Counted from the first letter of the whole stretch, positions 38,071-51,588 are shown. The stretch: DNA of 63,978 nucleotides, filler included, from Octopus bimaculoides (GCF_001194135.2; 5 parts of 5 records of this genome joined end to end with filler, not necessarily neighbours in it); one strand, 5' to 3'. The notes: generated by a model from the sequence alone, not told the origin. Numbers and translations: made by a program.

Positions 38071-39772
38071 AAATATAAATACAAAAAATTAGTGGCAATC
38101 CAAATATAATGATAAATATTAAAAAATAATTTAATGATACTAAAAATAATAATTATCATTCTGCTTTTCTTTTTTTTTTTTCTTAGCACTAATATTAATG
38201 ATATAGAATTACATTGTTCAAACAGTAAATGGAATTCTTTTTTTAATTTTAAGACAAAAAGACGAAAAACCGTTAAATGCAAGTATAAACACCAATGCAT
38301 ATATATATATAGCCATTTATTGTGTATGTATATATGTAAGTACATGTGTGTGTGTGAGTAAGTTGTGTATGTATGCACACGTTTCTCTAAGCATACACAC
38401 ACATGCACACACACAGACACACGTATACGCATAGGCTGATGTGTTCAAATGCATTCAACAACAAGGATATACAGAGAAACACATATACTGAAAATCATAC
38501 AGACATGCATAAACAGAAACTCACACATATATATATACATACACAGAGAGACAGTCAGAAACACAAACACACACACATACACACGCTTACACATGCACAC
38601 ACAAAATTCCAACGGATGCAAATAATGAGCATTCTCTAATCATTTAGAAATTAATTCTATTTAAAGCGAAGATTATTCCAGTAAGGTGTGGGACTGCGTT
38701 ATAATCTACAATTTAATTACACGAATTAAGCCAACTATCCAATTGATATAAACAATTGTGTTTTTAGTGAATTCATAATTAATAGGTGCAGTCATGCGGA
38801 AATGGAGATTCTGTGAAGTATGAAGACTGATAATAATTCCATGAAATCTAGGACAATTCTAAAGAATACAAGAGAAAAATGATACTGTCTTTATTGACTT
38901 TGTTTTTGTGTTCAAAAATCTTTTGTTGAAGAATGGATTTCTTCAAAATGACGAAATGGAATGGTGGGAATATTGGTTCGATGTTGGTTGTTTTTATTTA
39001 TTTATTTTTTATTTTTTGGTGGGGGAAGAGAGATTAGTTCTTCTTTGTCTGCTCGTGTGTAGGAGCCTCTGTTGTTGCTGTTGTTTTGTGCGTTTTTTAG
39101 TGATTTTCTTTGCTGGTCTTGTTGTCGCTACTGTTTTTGAAGATTCTTTTTATTTGTGTATGCTCACATATACATGCATACATACAATAATACATGCATG
39201 TATATATATATATATGATACGACGGATAATTGTCAGCACATTACAGCTGTTTCTTAAGTATCATTTTTAATAGAAGAATGAGAACATTACTCCATTAAAA
39301 AAAAACCGTAATTATCAGATGGAAAGTTATTTTACAAACAAAAGAAGATTCCGAGAGCATAGTAGGGATGTGGCTGAAGTGTGTCGAAGCTAACGATGAA
39401 ACGGGAGAATGACCAACGAATTTCGCCGTTGAGGTTAACAATATAGTTCTTAACTATATACATTTATAGTATGTCTGTCGGTACGTATGTATGTATGTAC
39501 GCATGTGATCTGGATGTTTAAAATATTGAACACTCCAAAGGATGGCTTTATTTTTTCGGAGCACATTAGCACTTAAAGTTCCATACTGAGCCCCTAGACA
39601 ACATTCTTATGACAATATCTCATTCTAGTAAGCAAACTCTAAACCCTATTTCACAATAGTGAAAATAATCCGTGGGCCGATTTCTGCAGAAATATCTCTT
39701 ATTGTGGCTTATGTTTATTGTGACTCGCCATCTAGTGTGAGTTATCAATTTATTTTTATGGTTAATAACACA

Positions 39773-40058
39773 GTGGAGGCGCAATGTCCCAGCGGTTAGG
39801 GCAGCGGACTCGCGGTCATAGGATCGCGGTTTCGATTCCCAGACCGGGCGCTGTGAGTGTTTATTGAGCGAAAACAACTAAAGCTACACCAGGCTCCGGC
39901 AGGGGATGGTGGCGAACCCTGCTGTATTCTTTCTCTCACTCTTTCTTTCTGTTTCTGTTGTGCCTGTAATTCAAAAGGTCAGCCTTGTCACACTGTGTCG
40001 CGCTGAATATCCCCGAGAACTACGTTAAGGGTACACGTGTCTGTGGAGTGCCAACAAC
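39773..40058 (+). mobile_element. SINE S3 with internal deletion, 10-bp TSD
   Basis: TSD TAATAACACA at 39763-39772 and 40059-40068; A/B-box head; (AAC)n tail. Confidence 0.85.
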
Positions 40059-42392
40059 TAATAACACAATCATCTTGAGATTCCATCTCTCATTTCAGTA
40101 CCAGGATTATGCTAAAGCTTTCACTCTCGTAAGTCATAACAGACCTCATGGCACACATCAGGCAGAGTTTTCTCAAATTTCTGACGAGCGATGAATTGAA
40201 ACCTGGACAATTTTTCAGCTAAAAGCAGAAACATGTAAACGTTTATCTTTTATCCAACCGCTATGGAATTCTTATTCCAATATCTTTCATAAATCAAACA
40301 ATTCTCCTCATTTTTCACGCTGGCAAAGCATGTGATATTTTCATTGTTTTCGCATGTAACTGCATTGAGGTTGTTCTTGTTGCTGTCGGTATTTACTTCA
40401 ACGTGCACTAATTTACCAATACAGGTGCTATCATTGATATTTCATTCTAGCTTCTGTACTGACAAAATACATGCTGTTAATAATTGTTTTCGTGTTATCA
40501 TTTGCAAAGCGTCTCAAGTAATTCTTTTCATCGAAATTGTAACTCTTAGTTTTTATTTCGTGTTCCTTATTTTCTAAATAGAAATTTCCTGTTCCTGTAA
40601 GAGCATTGTTTTGCAAAAATACTTGCCGTGTACACACAGTCTTGTATGTGTACACAAAGTTATTATGACCATTCTCTAAATTTCTTCCTAGAAACACCAT
40701 CGAAAACGAATTTCAAAAATCAAATAAAGCAACCAAATATAGCAATACATTATTCTACACACACCCCCGCCATTCGAGAAAAAACACGTTATTACACAAA
40801 AGAAGTTTAGTTTTAAATCATTTCACTACAAATACGAAATTTAAAGGAAAAACACGCAAACAACGATGAACGTTATTGTTCCATTAATAGAAAACTTCGC
40901 ATTTTCTCTTGTGATACAAACAATGTAAACGATGAAATAATGGTTCGTTTTATTTGCCGAAACCCCCAAAACTTTGCAGATAATACAAGAACGGAATTCC
41001 AAAACAAGAGATAACAATGAAACCTTAACTGAAAAAAGTTCCCACTGGGTGTGTGCTGAATGAATTAAAGACATCCATCACAAAACTACGGTTTACACTT
41101 GGTATCAAAAAACAAAAGCACCTATTCATGGTACCCTAATATCAATGTGAAAGTACATAAGTGAATAAAGTGAATTGCACTTCTGTAATCTCAACATTCT
41201 CACTAAACTTTCGTCAAAGAAACTTTAAAACAGCATCTCTTTCTATAAGTATGTACTTGCATATATGTATGTGTATCAATAGGTTTATGCATTCGCACAC
41301 GCACATGCACGCGCAGAAGCACACACACATATATATATATATATATATAATTATATAGATATGCAGGGCAGGGAATCGTCAATTAGTAATAAAATTAATA
41401 ATTAACAATTTTGCCGGGTAGTTCTTTGGCTGCTATTTCTGAATTCTCAGTATGTTGGAGAAGCAGGTTACTGTCAATCCCTATATATTTATGATTATAT
41501 ATAATAATATATATTTATATATATATATATATACATATTGATATATACACGTTCANNNNNNNNNNNNNNNNNNNNNNNNNNNNNNNNNNNNNNNNNNNNN
41601 NNNNNNNNNNNNNNNNNNNNNNNNNNNNNNNNNNNNNNNNNNNNNNNNNNNNNNNNNNNNNNNNNNNNNNNNNNNNNNNNNNNNNNNNNNNNNNNNNNNN
41701 NNNNNNNNNNNNNNNNNNNNNNNNNNNNNNNNNNNNNNNNNNNNNNNNNNNNNNNNNNNNNNNNNNNNNNNNNNNNNNNNNNNNNNNNNNNNNNNNNNNN
41801 NNNNNNNNNNNNNNNNNNNNNNNNNNNNNNNNNNNNNNNNNNNNNNNNNNNNNNNNNNNNNNNNNNNNNNNNNNNNNNNNNNNNNNNNNNNNNNNNNNNN
41901 NNNNNNNNNNNNNNNNNNNNNNNNNNNNNNNNNNNNNNNNNNNNNNNNNNNNNNNNNNNNNNNNNNNNNNNNNNNNNNNNNNNNNNNNNNNNNNNNNNNN
42001 NNNNNNNNNNNNNNNNNNNNNNNNNNNNNNNNNNNNNNNNNNNNNNNNNNNNNNNNNNNNNNNNNNNNNNNNNNNNNNNNNNNNNNNNNNNNNNNNNNNN
42101 NNNNNNNNNNNNNNNNNNNNNNNNNNNNNNNNNNNNNNNNNNNNNNNNNNNNNNNNNNNNNNNNNNNNNNNNNNNNNNNNNNNNNNNNNNNNNNNNNNNN
42201 NNNNNNNNNNNNNNNNNNNNNNNNNNNNNNNNNNNNNNNNNNNNNNNNNNNNNNNNNNNNNNNNNNNNNNNNNNNNNNNNNNNNNNNNNNNNNNNNNNNN
42301 NNNNNNNNNNNNNNNNNNNNNNNNNNNNNNNNNNNNNNNNNNNNNNNNNNNNNNNNNNNNNNNNNNNNNNNNNNNNNNNNNNNNNNNNTATA

Positions 42393-42423
<31 letters not shown>

Positions 42424-42565
42424 GTCTGTGTGTGTGTAATATAATTTTTATGAATCTTCAGAATTTTCAATATGCTAGGCCACTGGTTTTGAATTCATAT
42501 TATTCAGATTAATATTCAATTTTTCACCCTTATATATATATATATACAGAGAGAGAGAGAGAGAA

Positions 42566-42631
<66 letters not shown>

Positions 42632-43089
42632 TACAATTTCGTATTACAACACTTCGATTAATCTGACCACTTCGAAGTTTTTACTTAATCTTACCCTTCT
42701 TCATGTTATACCATTATATTCATCGAAGGATAAAAACTTATCTCAAAAGCAGATGAAAAATTATAACGCGATATGGTTTTAAAAAGGGAAATGAATATAC
42801 CAGGAAACCGAAATAAGAACCAGTACCAAACACTGGTGAATATGCACTTAGCAAAGTTTCTAATTAGCGAATTGATTAATTTATAAAGTAATTAGCAAAA
42901 TATTGCAAAAAATAAAACCTCTTATCGAAAACTGAGGAAATATGAAATGAAATCAAATTTAATATATATTATTTAATAAGTTTCGAAAATTATTAAAAAG
43001 CTTCAGACTTTGTTGAAAATAACATGGCTTCCGACTGGATGTTGATTTTGGTTCTTTGGTTTGTGTTACTTGGTGTGGTGTGGTGTGGT

Positions 43090-43457
43090 GTGGTGTGGTA
43101 AGGTACGAATTGATTATGAAGATCGCTTAGAATCCAGGCGAGTTCGGGTTCAATTCCATTGTGTGGCATTTTTGATGAATAGGATCAGCTTTACTTTAAA
43201 CTTGGGAAAACTAATGATCTATGAATGGATTTGGTAGACGAAAAGTGTGAGATAGCCAGTCGTCTTTTTGTATTCTTTCGCTTCTTTCAGTCATTTGACT
43301 CGGGCCATGCTGGATCACAGCCTCAATTGGCGTTAGTCGAAGAAATCGAGCCCAAAGTTTATTCTTTTAAAGCCTAGCACTTATTCTATCAGTTCCTTTG
43401 CCGAACTGCTGAGTTCGGGCGACGTAAATACATCATCGGTTGTCAAACAATGGTGTG
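43090..43457. mobile_element. SINE S1 fragments: degenerate head (+, ~43090-43263) and tail (-, ~43275-43457)
   Basis: GTTCGGGTTCAATTCC...GGATTTGGTAGACG on +; CTTTCAGTCATTTGACTCGGGCCATGCTGG...TTAGTCGAAGAAATCGA is the reverse complement of the tail. Confidence 0.6.
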
Positions 43458-43685
43458 NNNNNNNNNNNNNNNNNNNNNNNNNNNNNNNNNNNNNNNNNNN
43501 NTTAATTAATTAANNNNNNNNNNNNNNNNNNNNNNNNNNNNNNNNNNNNNNNNNNNNTATATCCATACACACATACACACATACACACGTGCAAGCACAC
43601 ACACACGTACGTACTTGGCTTATGGTACTTTAACGTATTTTAGTGTATATATGGACTATCTGTTTTTATAAGTATAAATGGAAAT

Positions 43686-43740
<55 letters not shown>

Positions 43741-44259
43741 TGTATGTGCGTATCTATGCATCTATGTCTACGTAGACACATATATTACAGGTAGAGCGGC
43801 AATAAGGATGAAACACATTGAACGTTATTTCAATACTACCTTTATCAAATGTGGCAATAATTTAATTGACATCACAATGTAAGCGCAGCGCAAAGGTGAC
43901 TGATTGGTCTACCCTACCTGTTTTGTGTTATAATCGAATTTGCTTATACTTTACATACATATATATTTATATATATGTCTATATATATATTTATATGTGT
44001 GTATGTGTGCATGTATGTAGGGAAAATATATGTGTTCATTGTTGAACTGGTATTCATCTAAGTAGGTTGTTTCATAAAAGGAAACAATTATTTACCGAGC
44101 AACAATATGATCCGAGTGAACAAGTTTCATGGAAGATTAAAAAAAAAGACGTAAATTTCTCTCAGTTTCTCTCACTCACACTTCCTGTCTCTCACTTTCT
44201 CTCTCACACCCAACATTTGTATACGCAATGCATAGTACTTACCTACACACGCGTACACA

Positions 44260-44297
<38 letters not shown>

Positions 44298-44496
44298 CAT
44301 ACGCACGTATACATATATACATATAGGTATGTACCTATATCAGTATATATATATTTTCTTTGTTTTCATGTTACATAAATTTCATTACATTAACCAATAT
44401 ATTACGCAATACCACTATTATTTTATTATATCTTATACATTTATTTATTAATTCCTTTTTTTATACTGAAGTGTCAAACGAGGAATATTGTGACGA

Positions 44497-44499
<3 letters not shown>

Positions 44500-44589
<90 letters not shown>

Positions 44590-44637
44590 AATAATAATAA
44601 TGATAATAATAATAATAATATTAATAANNNNNNNNNN

Positions 44638-44671
<34 letters not shown>
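44500..44671. repeat. Compound (TAA)n(TGA)n(TAA)n microsatellite
   Basis: Directly visible; abuts the 3' side of the R4/Dong-type copy A. Confidence 0.95.
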
Positions 44672-44672
<1 letters not shown>

Positions 44673-45765
44673 GTGTTATCATGCACATTGTTTTGTCTTG
44701 GTATAAAAGATGGGCTACAGCAAATATGCTTAATACCACAGATTTGCTTGTCAGTTGTTTGACCTTAACCAGTTGAGCATGTCCCTTGGTGGCTGACGAC
44801 ATGTGCACCTCTGATCACGAGCAGAAGTAGTGGGGGATCATCATAGTTATGTGCTGAGAGGAATTCTTTGGGGTTTGGATAATTCACATCTAGAAACATG
44901 GGTGTTTCGTTCAACATCCTTAAACAACCCTTATTCAAGGACCTTTCTAGCGGGATGGGCTACTCGACATGAAGAAAATTTTAACTGGGCCCCACCTGCA
45001 AGGTAATGCGCTATTTATCTGAAAGACAGAAGTCAATCTGTACAAGCCAATAGGCCCACCTCTAATGACATGCAAATAATGAGTGGTGTTTCGCAGGCAC
45101 TGTTCTGGGAACACTACTGTTAATAATATCCCTCACAGATATGCTCTCAGCCACACAGAGAGCCACGATCACAAGGTATGCAGATGATAGAAAAAGTCTC
45201 ACAAATCAAATAGAATCCTGAAAACTTTATGCACCGGCAACCGATCTTTTTCAGCCATTTTGGTTGTTGAGTGCTGATACTTCCATGTGCTCCAATTAAT
45301 TTTAGCAACACGTCTACTCTCTTTATTGGCCGCAACCTTGGTATTTCTCACTTCAAATCGCCATAACTGTTTATTTTCTTCTTTTAATATTGATTCTGTT
45401 GTCACCGGGCCATGTTATGTCGATTATTATATGTTCTTTCCTTTTTAGTCACCACAACGATGTCCGGTTTCCGATGCCTGGTTCGGTGATCGCACTGGAT
45501 CATTGCATCCCACAAGATTTTGCAATTCTCATTTTCGGTCACTCCTTCTGGAGTTTGCTCATACCACGTCTTTGCTCTATGGAGGCTGTGGTTTCCGCAG
45601 AGCTCCCAATAGATCATTCTTGCCACATTATCATGGCGTTTTTGTATTCGTGATGTGCCAATTTCAGGCATTCGGCAACGATGTACCGTACCGTTTCACC
45701 ACACATTCTGCGTTAGTCGCTATCGATAGTGTTGTCTATTCTGCACTTCATATAACAAGTCCTTA
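44672..45765 (-). mobile_element. R4/Dong-type LINE (restriction-like endonuclease) 3' part, copy A
   Basis: Decayed zinc knuckle (RMCGETVRYIVAECLKLA), KRHDNVARMIYWELC, WYEQTPEGVTENENCKILWD...RHRKPDIVVV, LIGAHGSI...WLKKIG; 3' UTR runs to the TAA array. Confidence 0.85.
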
Positions 45766-45769
45766 AAGC

Positions 45770-46918
45770 TACGACTTGAGTATGAATATGTAAACAGCAA
45801 AATTTCTTGCTCTGTTGTCAAGGAAACGTTTAAATTTGTAAGGGAACGTAACATTAATGGTGAATTGGACGAAGAACTTGAAACCATGGCTTCCAAGCAA
45901 GTAAAAGAATCAAATGAACTGCTGAAATGAATGGACAAATGCAATTTAAGGACGAGTGAACCCAAAAGTCCCAGCACGAACGATATATACTTCGAAGCCA
46001 GCATACTGATATTGACTAAGAGACAACCCACCGATGGCTGCAGAGTTAGGACTGAAAGCAGAGACAGAAACGTTCATTGAAGCTGCTCAAGGGAAAAATC
46101 TTTTACTAGAAATTACGTGGCAAATATTCTTCAAATCGGTGCTAACAAAAAATGCAGATTCTGAAGCAATTTTAATGAAATAGCTCCCCATCTTCTTTTT
46201 TTTCTTTTTTGTCAGCCTTGTACTAATATCAAACAAATATAAAAATCACCACGATGGGAGAGCACAATATTTAAATTGGATAATATGGAAGCACTGTCAA
46301 ATAAACAACCATACTGACCTGGTATGAGTATGTAGTTGAAGAACATGAGATTTTCCACTCGACACTGACAATCTAGACTAATCGATCAGACATAATGTTT
46401 AAAGACACGAAAGAAAATGTTAGGAACTTGATATATATTATGTCCCTAATGGAAAGAATATTATTTTTCAAGGAATTTGACAAGCTCAGTAAATATAAAG
46501 ATCTATAAATTGAAATACAGAAAATGTGGCATTTTGAAGCTTGTAAGTGCATTTGATAGATAAAAGAAAGGATGTCAGGAACATTTCCATAAACACCCAC
46601 GGGACACAGCTGTCGCAGAAATCAACGAAATTGTGTTAGCAATTACTACGCATATCTTTAGAAAAACCCTATTGACTTAAATGTTGTGTAGTATGTTTTA
46701 TATAAATGTATTTCTGTATTGTCCAACCAGTTTCCCTACCCCAGCATTCCATTACATTAATCATCTCTTAAGCATCAGTTGCCCTTGGATGCTGCGTGTA
46801 GCCCGGCATGTGATTTTATCGAACACACAAAAGGAAGAATAAAAAGAACAAAAATAACAACCACAGCAAAAGCAATGGCAATAATAATAATAATGATAAT
46901 AATAATAATAATAACAAC

Positions 46919-46967
<49 letters not shown>

Positions 46968-46970
46968 TTT
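45770..46970 (+). mobile_element. R4/Dong-type LINE 3' part, copy B, ending in (TAA)n
   Basis: THRWLQS*GLKAETETFIEAAQ...TRNYVANIL...KCRF...KEFDKLSKYKDL*IEIQKMWHF; (TAA)n at ~46880-46968. Confidence 0.8.
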
Positions 46971-47040
46971 ATTAATTTTTTAAATACATATTTTACCTGT
47001 GAATTTGCGTGTGTAATCTGGGAATGCGTACAATGATCTT

Positions 47041-47124
47041 CTTTGCCCTAGGTGTACGGAAAACACTCGGCGAGAAATGGAATAAAATTTGAAGAAAGAA
47101 GAAAGAAAAATAATAATAATAATA
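47041..47124 (+). mobile_element. Probable isolated R4/Dong-type 3' terminus with short (TAA)n
   Basis: GCCCTAGGTGTACGGAAAACACTCGGCGAGAAATGGAATAAAA...AAAATAATAATAATAATAA; inferred from context. Confidence 0.4.
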
Positions 47125-48290
47125 AATCCTGTGATTTCAAACTTCCTGAAGCACACGTCAGCCTGGAATACATGTCTCCAATTATACCACTCTAATGGAG
47201 AACTAACTACAACGAATATTGATATCAACTGTTGCTTTTACGAAGGTGACTTACCTTCGCCCTAATACCCCTTACAATTGAACTTAACAGAACAGGGTAT
47301 GGGTATACGTTTCATCACAAGAAAATAAGACATCTAGTTTATGGTAAAGACGCTAATCAGCTTGAAGGTCTCTTACGTACTGTGAAAGAATTGAGTGATG
47401 ACATACGGATGGAACTTGGTTTTGATAAACGTACGAAGTCCAATTTCCAGAAAGGGAAATTGATGACCTCACACACAGTGGTGTTAGATGCTGATGCAGT
47501 TATAAAACAATTTGAGCAGGAATACAGTTACGAATACCTCCGACTAAATGAGAGTTCTGACATTCAGCATGCAAGCATGAAAGAGGAGAACAGGAAGGAA
47601 TGTTACTGAAGATTTCAGCAGTCCTAAAATACGAGTTAAATGCACATAACTAGGCATTAGCGATAAATTCCTTGTCAGCTCCCATTGTTATTTGTAGTTT
47701 CAATGTGCTGAACTGGAATATCAGCGAAATAAGTAAGATTGACTGGAAAATCCGTAAGCTGCTGTCTTGCAATAAGATGCATCACACAAAAGTAGATGCA
47801 GATCGCATTTACCCTTCCCAGAGCCCAAGAAGATCAAGACTTGATCCAATTTGAAATCTACAAAACCACCAGGATTGGATTGGCAAAATATCTTGAAAAT
47901 CTAACGACTGGATGTTGAAAAACACGAGTGACGTAGGAAGCTTCATTCTGTCAAGGAGTGCAAATAATTTGCTAGTGAGTTCAGGCATAATACCCAGGTT
48001 GAACAGCATGACGGAAATGCGACAACTGTTGTTGCAAAAGTGGTGAAATCACTAAAAAAGAAAAAAGCGTTTAAACAACTGGCTAAGTTTGGACAAAAAC
48101 TTCTGCATGGCAAATATCAGGTTTAAGCAGAAAGATGTAGAGATTATGGAGGATGAGGAAGACAATTATTTCTGTGATGATTGATGCGTCACACCCAAAC
48201 TGATGAAGGATATTGGAATTGAGGGTCGGATTGTCGATTTGCAGAAATGTTCCATCCTGCATCCTGCAAGAATCCGAATAATATACGTTT
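47125..48290 (+). mobile_element. R4/Dong-type LINE RT fragment, copy C, internally deleted
   Basis: FYEGDLPSP (decayed QGDSLSP), GYGYTFHHKKIRHLVY, DDIRMELGFDKRTK, YSFNV-like CSFNVLNW...MHHTKVDADRIY; 3' end LQKCSILHPARI. Confidence 0.8.
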
Positions 48291-48621
48291 GGAACAGAAT
48301 GAAGAGTGAGAATTACTCATTATTTTCCGTAGAGTATAATCACATATTTCGTTGAACAGAAATCACTTCCGATATTTATTAATCTGTCATCAAACATTGT
48401 CTAGCAATAACTTAATGGACTACTTCAGATGAAAGAACGCGCTAAAGCCCTCCAGAAAAGTTATGGTTGCTCTAATATATCAAAGCGCATTTACGCAAGT
48501 TATCTTGTGTAATCCTGTTTCGTTGGCGAGTAGAGTTTCATATAATACCGCCTCTCTCTTTTTCTCTCTTCCTCTCTCTCTATGTCTATCTCTCTGTCCT
48601 TCTCTCCTTCTCTCCCTCTCT

Positions 48622-48670
<49 letters not shown>

Positions 48671-49621
48671 NNNNNNNNNNNNNNNNNNNNNNNNNNNNNN
48701 NNNNNNNNNNNNNNNNNNNNNNNNNNNNNNNNNNNNNNNNNNNNNNNNNNNNNNNNNNNNNNNNNNNNNNNNNNNNNNNNNNNNNNNNNNNNNNNNNNNN
48801 NNNNNNNNNNNNNNNNNNNNNNNNNNNNNNNNNNNNNNNNNNNNNNNNNNNNNNNNNNNNNNNNNNNNNNNNNNNNNNNNNNNNNNNNNNNNNNNNNNNN
48901 NNNNNNNNNNNNNNNNNNNNNNNNNNNNNNNNNNNNNNNNNNNNNNNNNNNNNNNNNNNNNNNNNNNNNNNNNNNNNNNNNNNNNNNNNNNNNNNNNNNN
49001 NNNNNNNNNNNNNNNNNNNNNNNNNNNNNNNNNNNNNNNNNNNNNNNNNNNNNNNNNNNNNNNNNNNNNNNNNNNNNNNNNNNNNNNNNNNNNNNNNNNN
49101 NNNNNNNNNNNNNNNNNNNNNNNNNNNNNNNNNNNNNNNNNNNNNNNNNNNNNNNNNNNNNNNNNNNNNNNNNNNNNNNNNNNNNNNNNNNNNNNNNNNN
49201 NNNNNNNNNNNNNNNNNNNNNNNNNNNNNNNNNNNNNNNNNNNNNNNNNNNNNNNNNNNNNNNNNNNNNNNNNNNNNNNNNNNNNNNNNNNNNNNNNNNN
49301 NNNNNNNNNNNNNNNNNNNNNNNNNNNNNNNNNNNNNNNNNNNNNNNNNNNNNNNNNNNNNNNNNNNNNNNNNNNNNNNNNNNNNNNNNNNNNNNNNNNN
49401 NNNNNNNNNNNNNNNNNNNNNNNNNNNNNNNNNNNNNNNNNNNNNNNNNNNNNNNNNNNNNNNNNNNNNNNNNNNNNNNNNNNNNNNNNNNNNNNNNNNN
49501 NNNNNNNNNNNNNNNNNNNNNNNNNNNNNNNNNNNNNNNNNNNNNNNNNNNNNNNNNNNNNNNNNNNNNNNNNNNNNNNNNNNNNNCGATCTTGTATATA
49601 TATGTGTATGTATGTATCTTT

Positions 49622-49830
49622 TCCCTTTTACTTGCTTCAGTCATTTGACAGCGGCATTGCTGGGGCCCTGTCTTGGAGAATTTTCGTCGAGGAAATTGAC
49701 CTTAGTACCTATTTTTCGTACGTCTGGTACTTATTCTATCGGTCTCGTTTGCTGAAATGCTAAGTTCTGGAGGCTCAAAGAAATCAATACCGGTTGTGAA
49801 GCGGTGGCGGGGGATAGTCACGGACATAAA
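49622..49830 (-). mobile_element. SINE S1 tail
   Basis: TCCCTTTTACTTGCTTCAGTCATTTGAC...GTCGAGGAAATTGACC...TACTTATTCTATCGGTCTCGTTTGCTGAA. Confidence 0.7.
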
Positions 49831-49901
49831 GACACACACATACACATATGCAATACACACACACACACACACACACACATACACAGATACACACACAGAT
49901 A

Positions 49902-50570
49902 CGTGGTCTGATCAATAAGTATCCGGACTGTTGCCATAGTAACAAAGCTAAAGCACGTTGAGGGAAGCTGCTTGACACAGATTGAACTTGAATTCTGCTG
50001 TGCATGCGCACTAAGGTTTAACGTTCTAGCTCACTTCTGCTGTTTACAGCAGTGCTTAGAAGGAACATGTGTAGCGTGTGATCATCGCATTGAACATGAC
50101 AGAGAAAGATGAGCAGAGAATGTGCATCAAAATTTGCCAAAAAGCTAGGATATACCTGTTCAGAGGCGTGCGTAAAGTTTTCAAAATCTTTTCATAGTTT
50201 TCGACACAATCAAGATCTTGTGTAATGGAAGCCCAAGTGTCTTTTTGGCCAGCTGAAAGAGATTTTGACACAAACTTGGTAGACACGCGTCTAATACCCA
50301 CATTTTCAGTGATAATGGATTGAACCGGACAATAACTAATCTGCACATCATATGATAACTCACGGATGGTGATTCGTCTATTTCCTCTCACAACTGCACG
50401 CACATCTGCAAAGTTTTTCTCAGTTTTACTGGTTGCGGGTTTCCCCAAAACTTCGTCAATATTGACATTTTATCAGTCATCTTGGAAGCGTCTGAACCAC
50501 TCGTACACTCGTGTGTGGTTCATACACTCCTTTGCCTGGACTTCTGAGCAGGTATCATCATGTCTAAATG
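49902..50570. mobile_element. mariner element 5' region, rearranged (+ 49902-50174; - 50175-50570)
   Basis: TA|CGTGGTCTGATCAATAAGTATCCGGAC terminus; ATG at 50096 gives MTEKDEQRMCIKICQKLG; minus strand gives RVYEWFRRF...NRRITIRELS...RRVSTKFVSKSL. Confidence 0.8.
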
Positions 50571-51544
50571 ATGGGACCTGCTAAGCTTTGTGGTGGCATG
50601 TGGTATCATACCCCTTCAAGTAGGGAGTCTAAGTCAAGGAGATATGTGCTTATCTGATATCCTAGTTTTCTTCTGCAACTGTATGATTGTCGATGTAGGT
50701 TTTCATACTGAACTGCAGAAGATGTTTTTACAACCTACACTAATCTTTTTGATCATTGTTTTATTAATGCTTTAGACAATAACTTTGGTACGTGTGTTCA
50801 CGTTTTAAGCACTTGTCGGCGACTGACCTAAAAGAAGTGGTAATGAAATCCAGTTGTTACCGGATTTTTATAGTTTGCACTGAATTCCTTTCAAACATAC
50901 TTAAACAGACAAATATCACCACCGGCCCTATAATTGTTTAGCGTTTCATTCCAAGTTGCTTTCGTTCTTTACTTTATTTCACATGATTCGTATTGGTGTG
51001 GTGGTGAGATGAGGGTGGCGCTCATCGTTTTTGTATTTCCGTACTCAGATTTCACACATAATCTTATGATTTTCTTTTCTTCTGCGAAGTTTCATGAATC
51101 GATATAGAATAAAGCGAGATCATCTAAAGTTTTTATTTTTACATAGAGTTTTGAAACTTGCGTTATAATGTGGGATGATAGCTGCGTATTGTATATTTAT
51201 GATCAAAGATCAAGCGGAAAATCAGCAAGCATTAAATTGAGCATCAAAATAAGCTGGTTTAATGCGTTAAGCAGTTTTATATCCGGTCATTGTGACTTTA
51301 GGAATTAGATAATCTTTCGTATGATACCTTACTAATAATTGCCCAAACCCGCTAGCGATAGGCCACCCACAGGTCTTCATCGAAAACATGTCACTAAGAT
51401 TATTTTGAAGCTTATATATAGTTTAAAACGTTATTGCTTCAAACAAACAATGGATCTGTAAAGAAATTTCAAGATATTCTTAATGCAGCATATTAAACTC
51501 TGAAACTGCTGTCTCATCGATATGATACATTGCAAGTAAAATAA

Positions 51545-51588
<44 letters not shown>

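Noticed and set aside
40250-40700. Short stop-free minus-strand frames (EHEIKTKSYNFDEK..., DSTCIGKLVHVEV...)
   Set aside because: No recognisable domain or consistent splice sites.
48196-48250. CTGATGAAGG...GCAGAAATG hammerhead-like string
   Set aside because: Lies in the R4/Dong coding end (PKLMKDIG...LQKCS) and lacks stems I and III.
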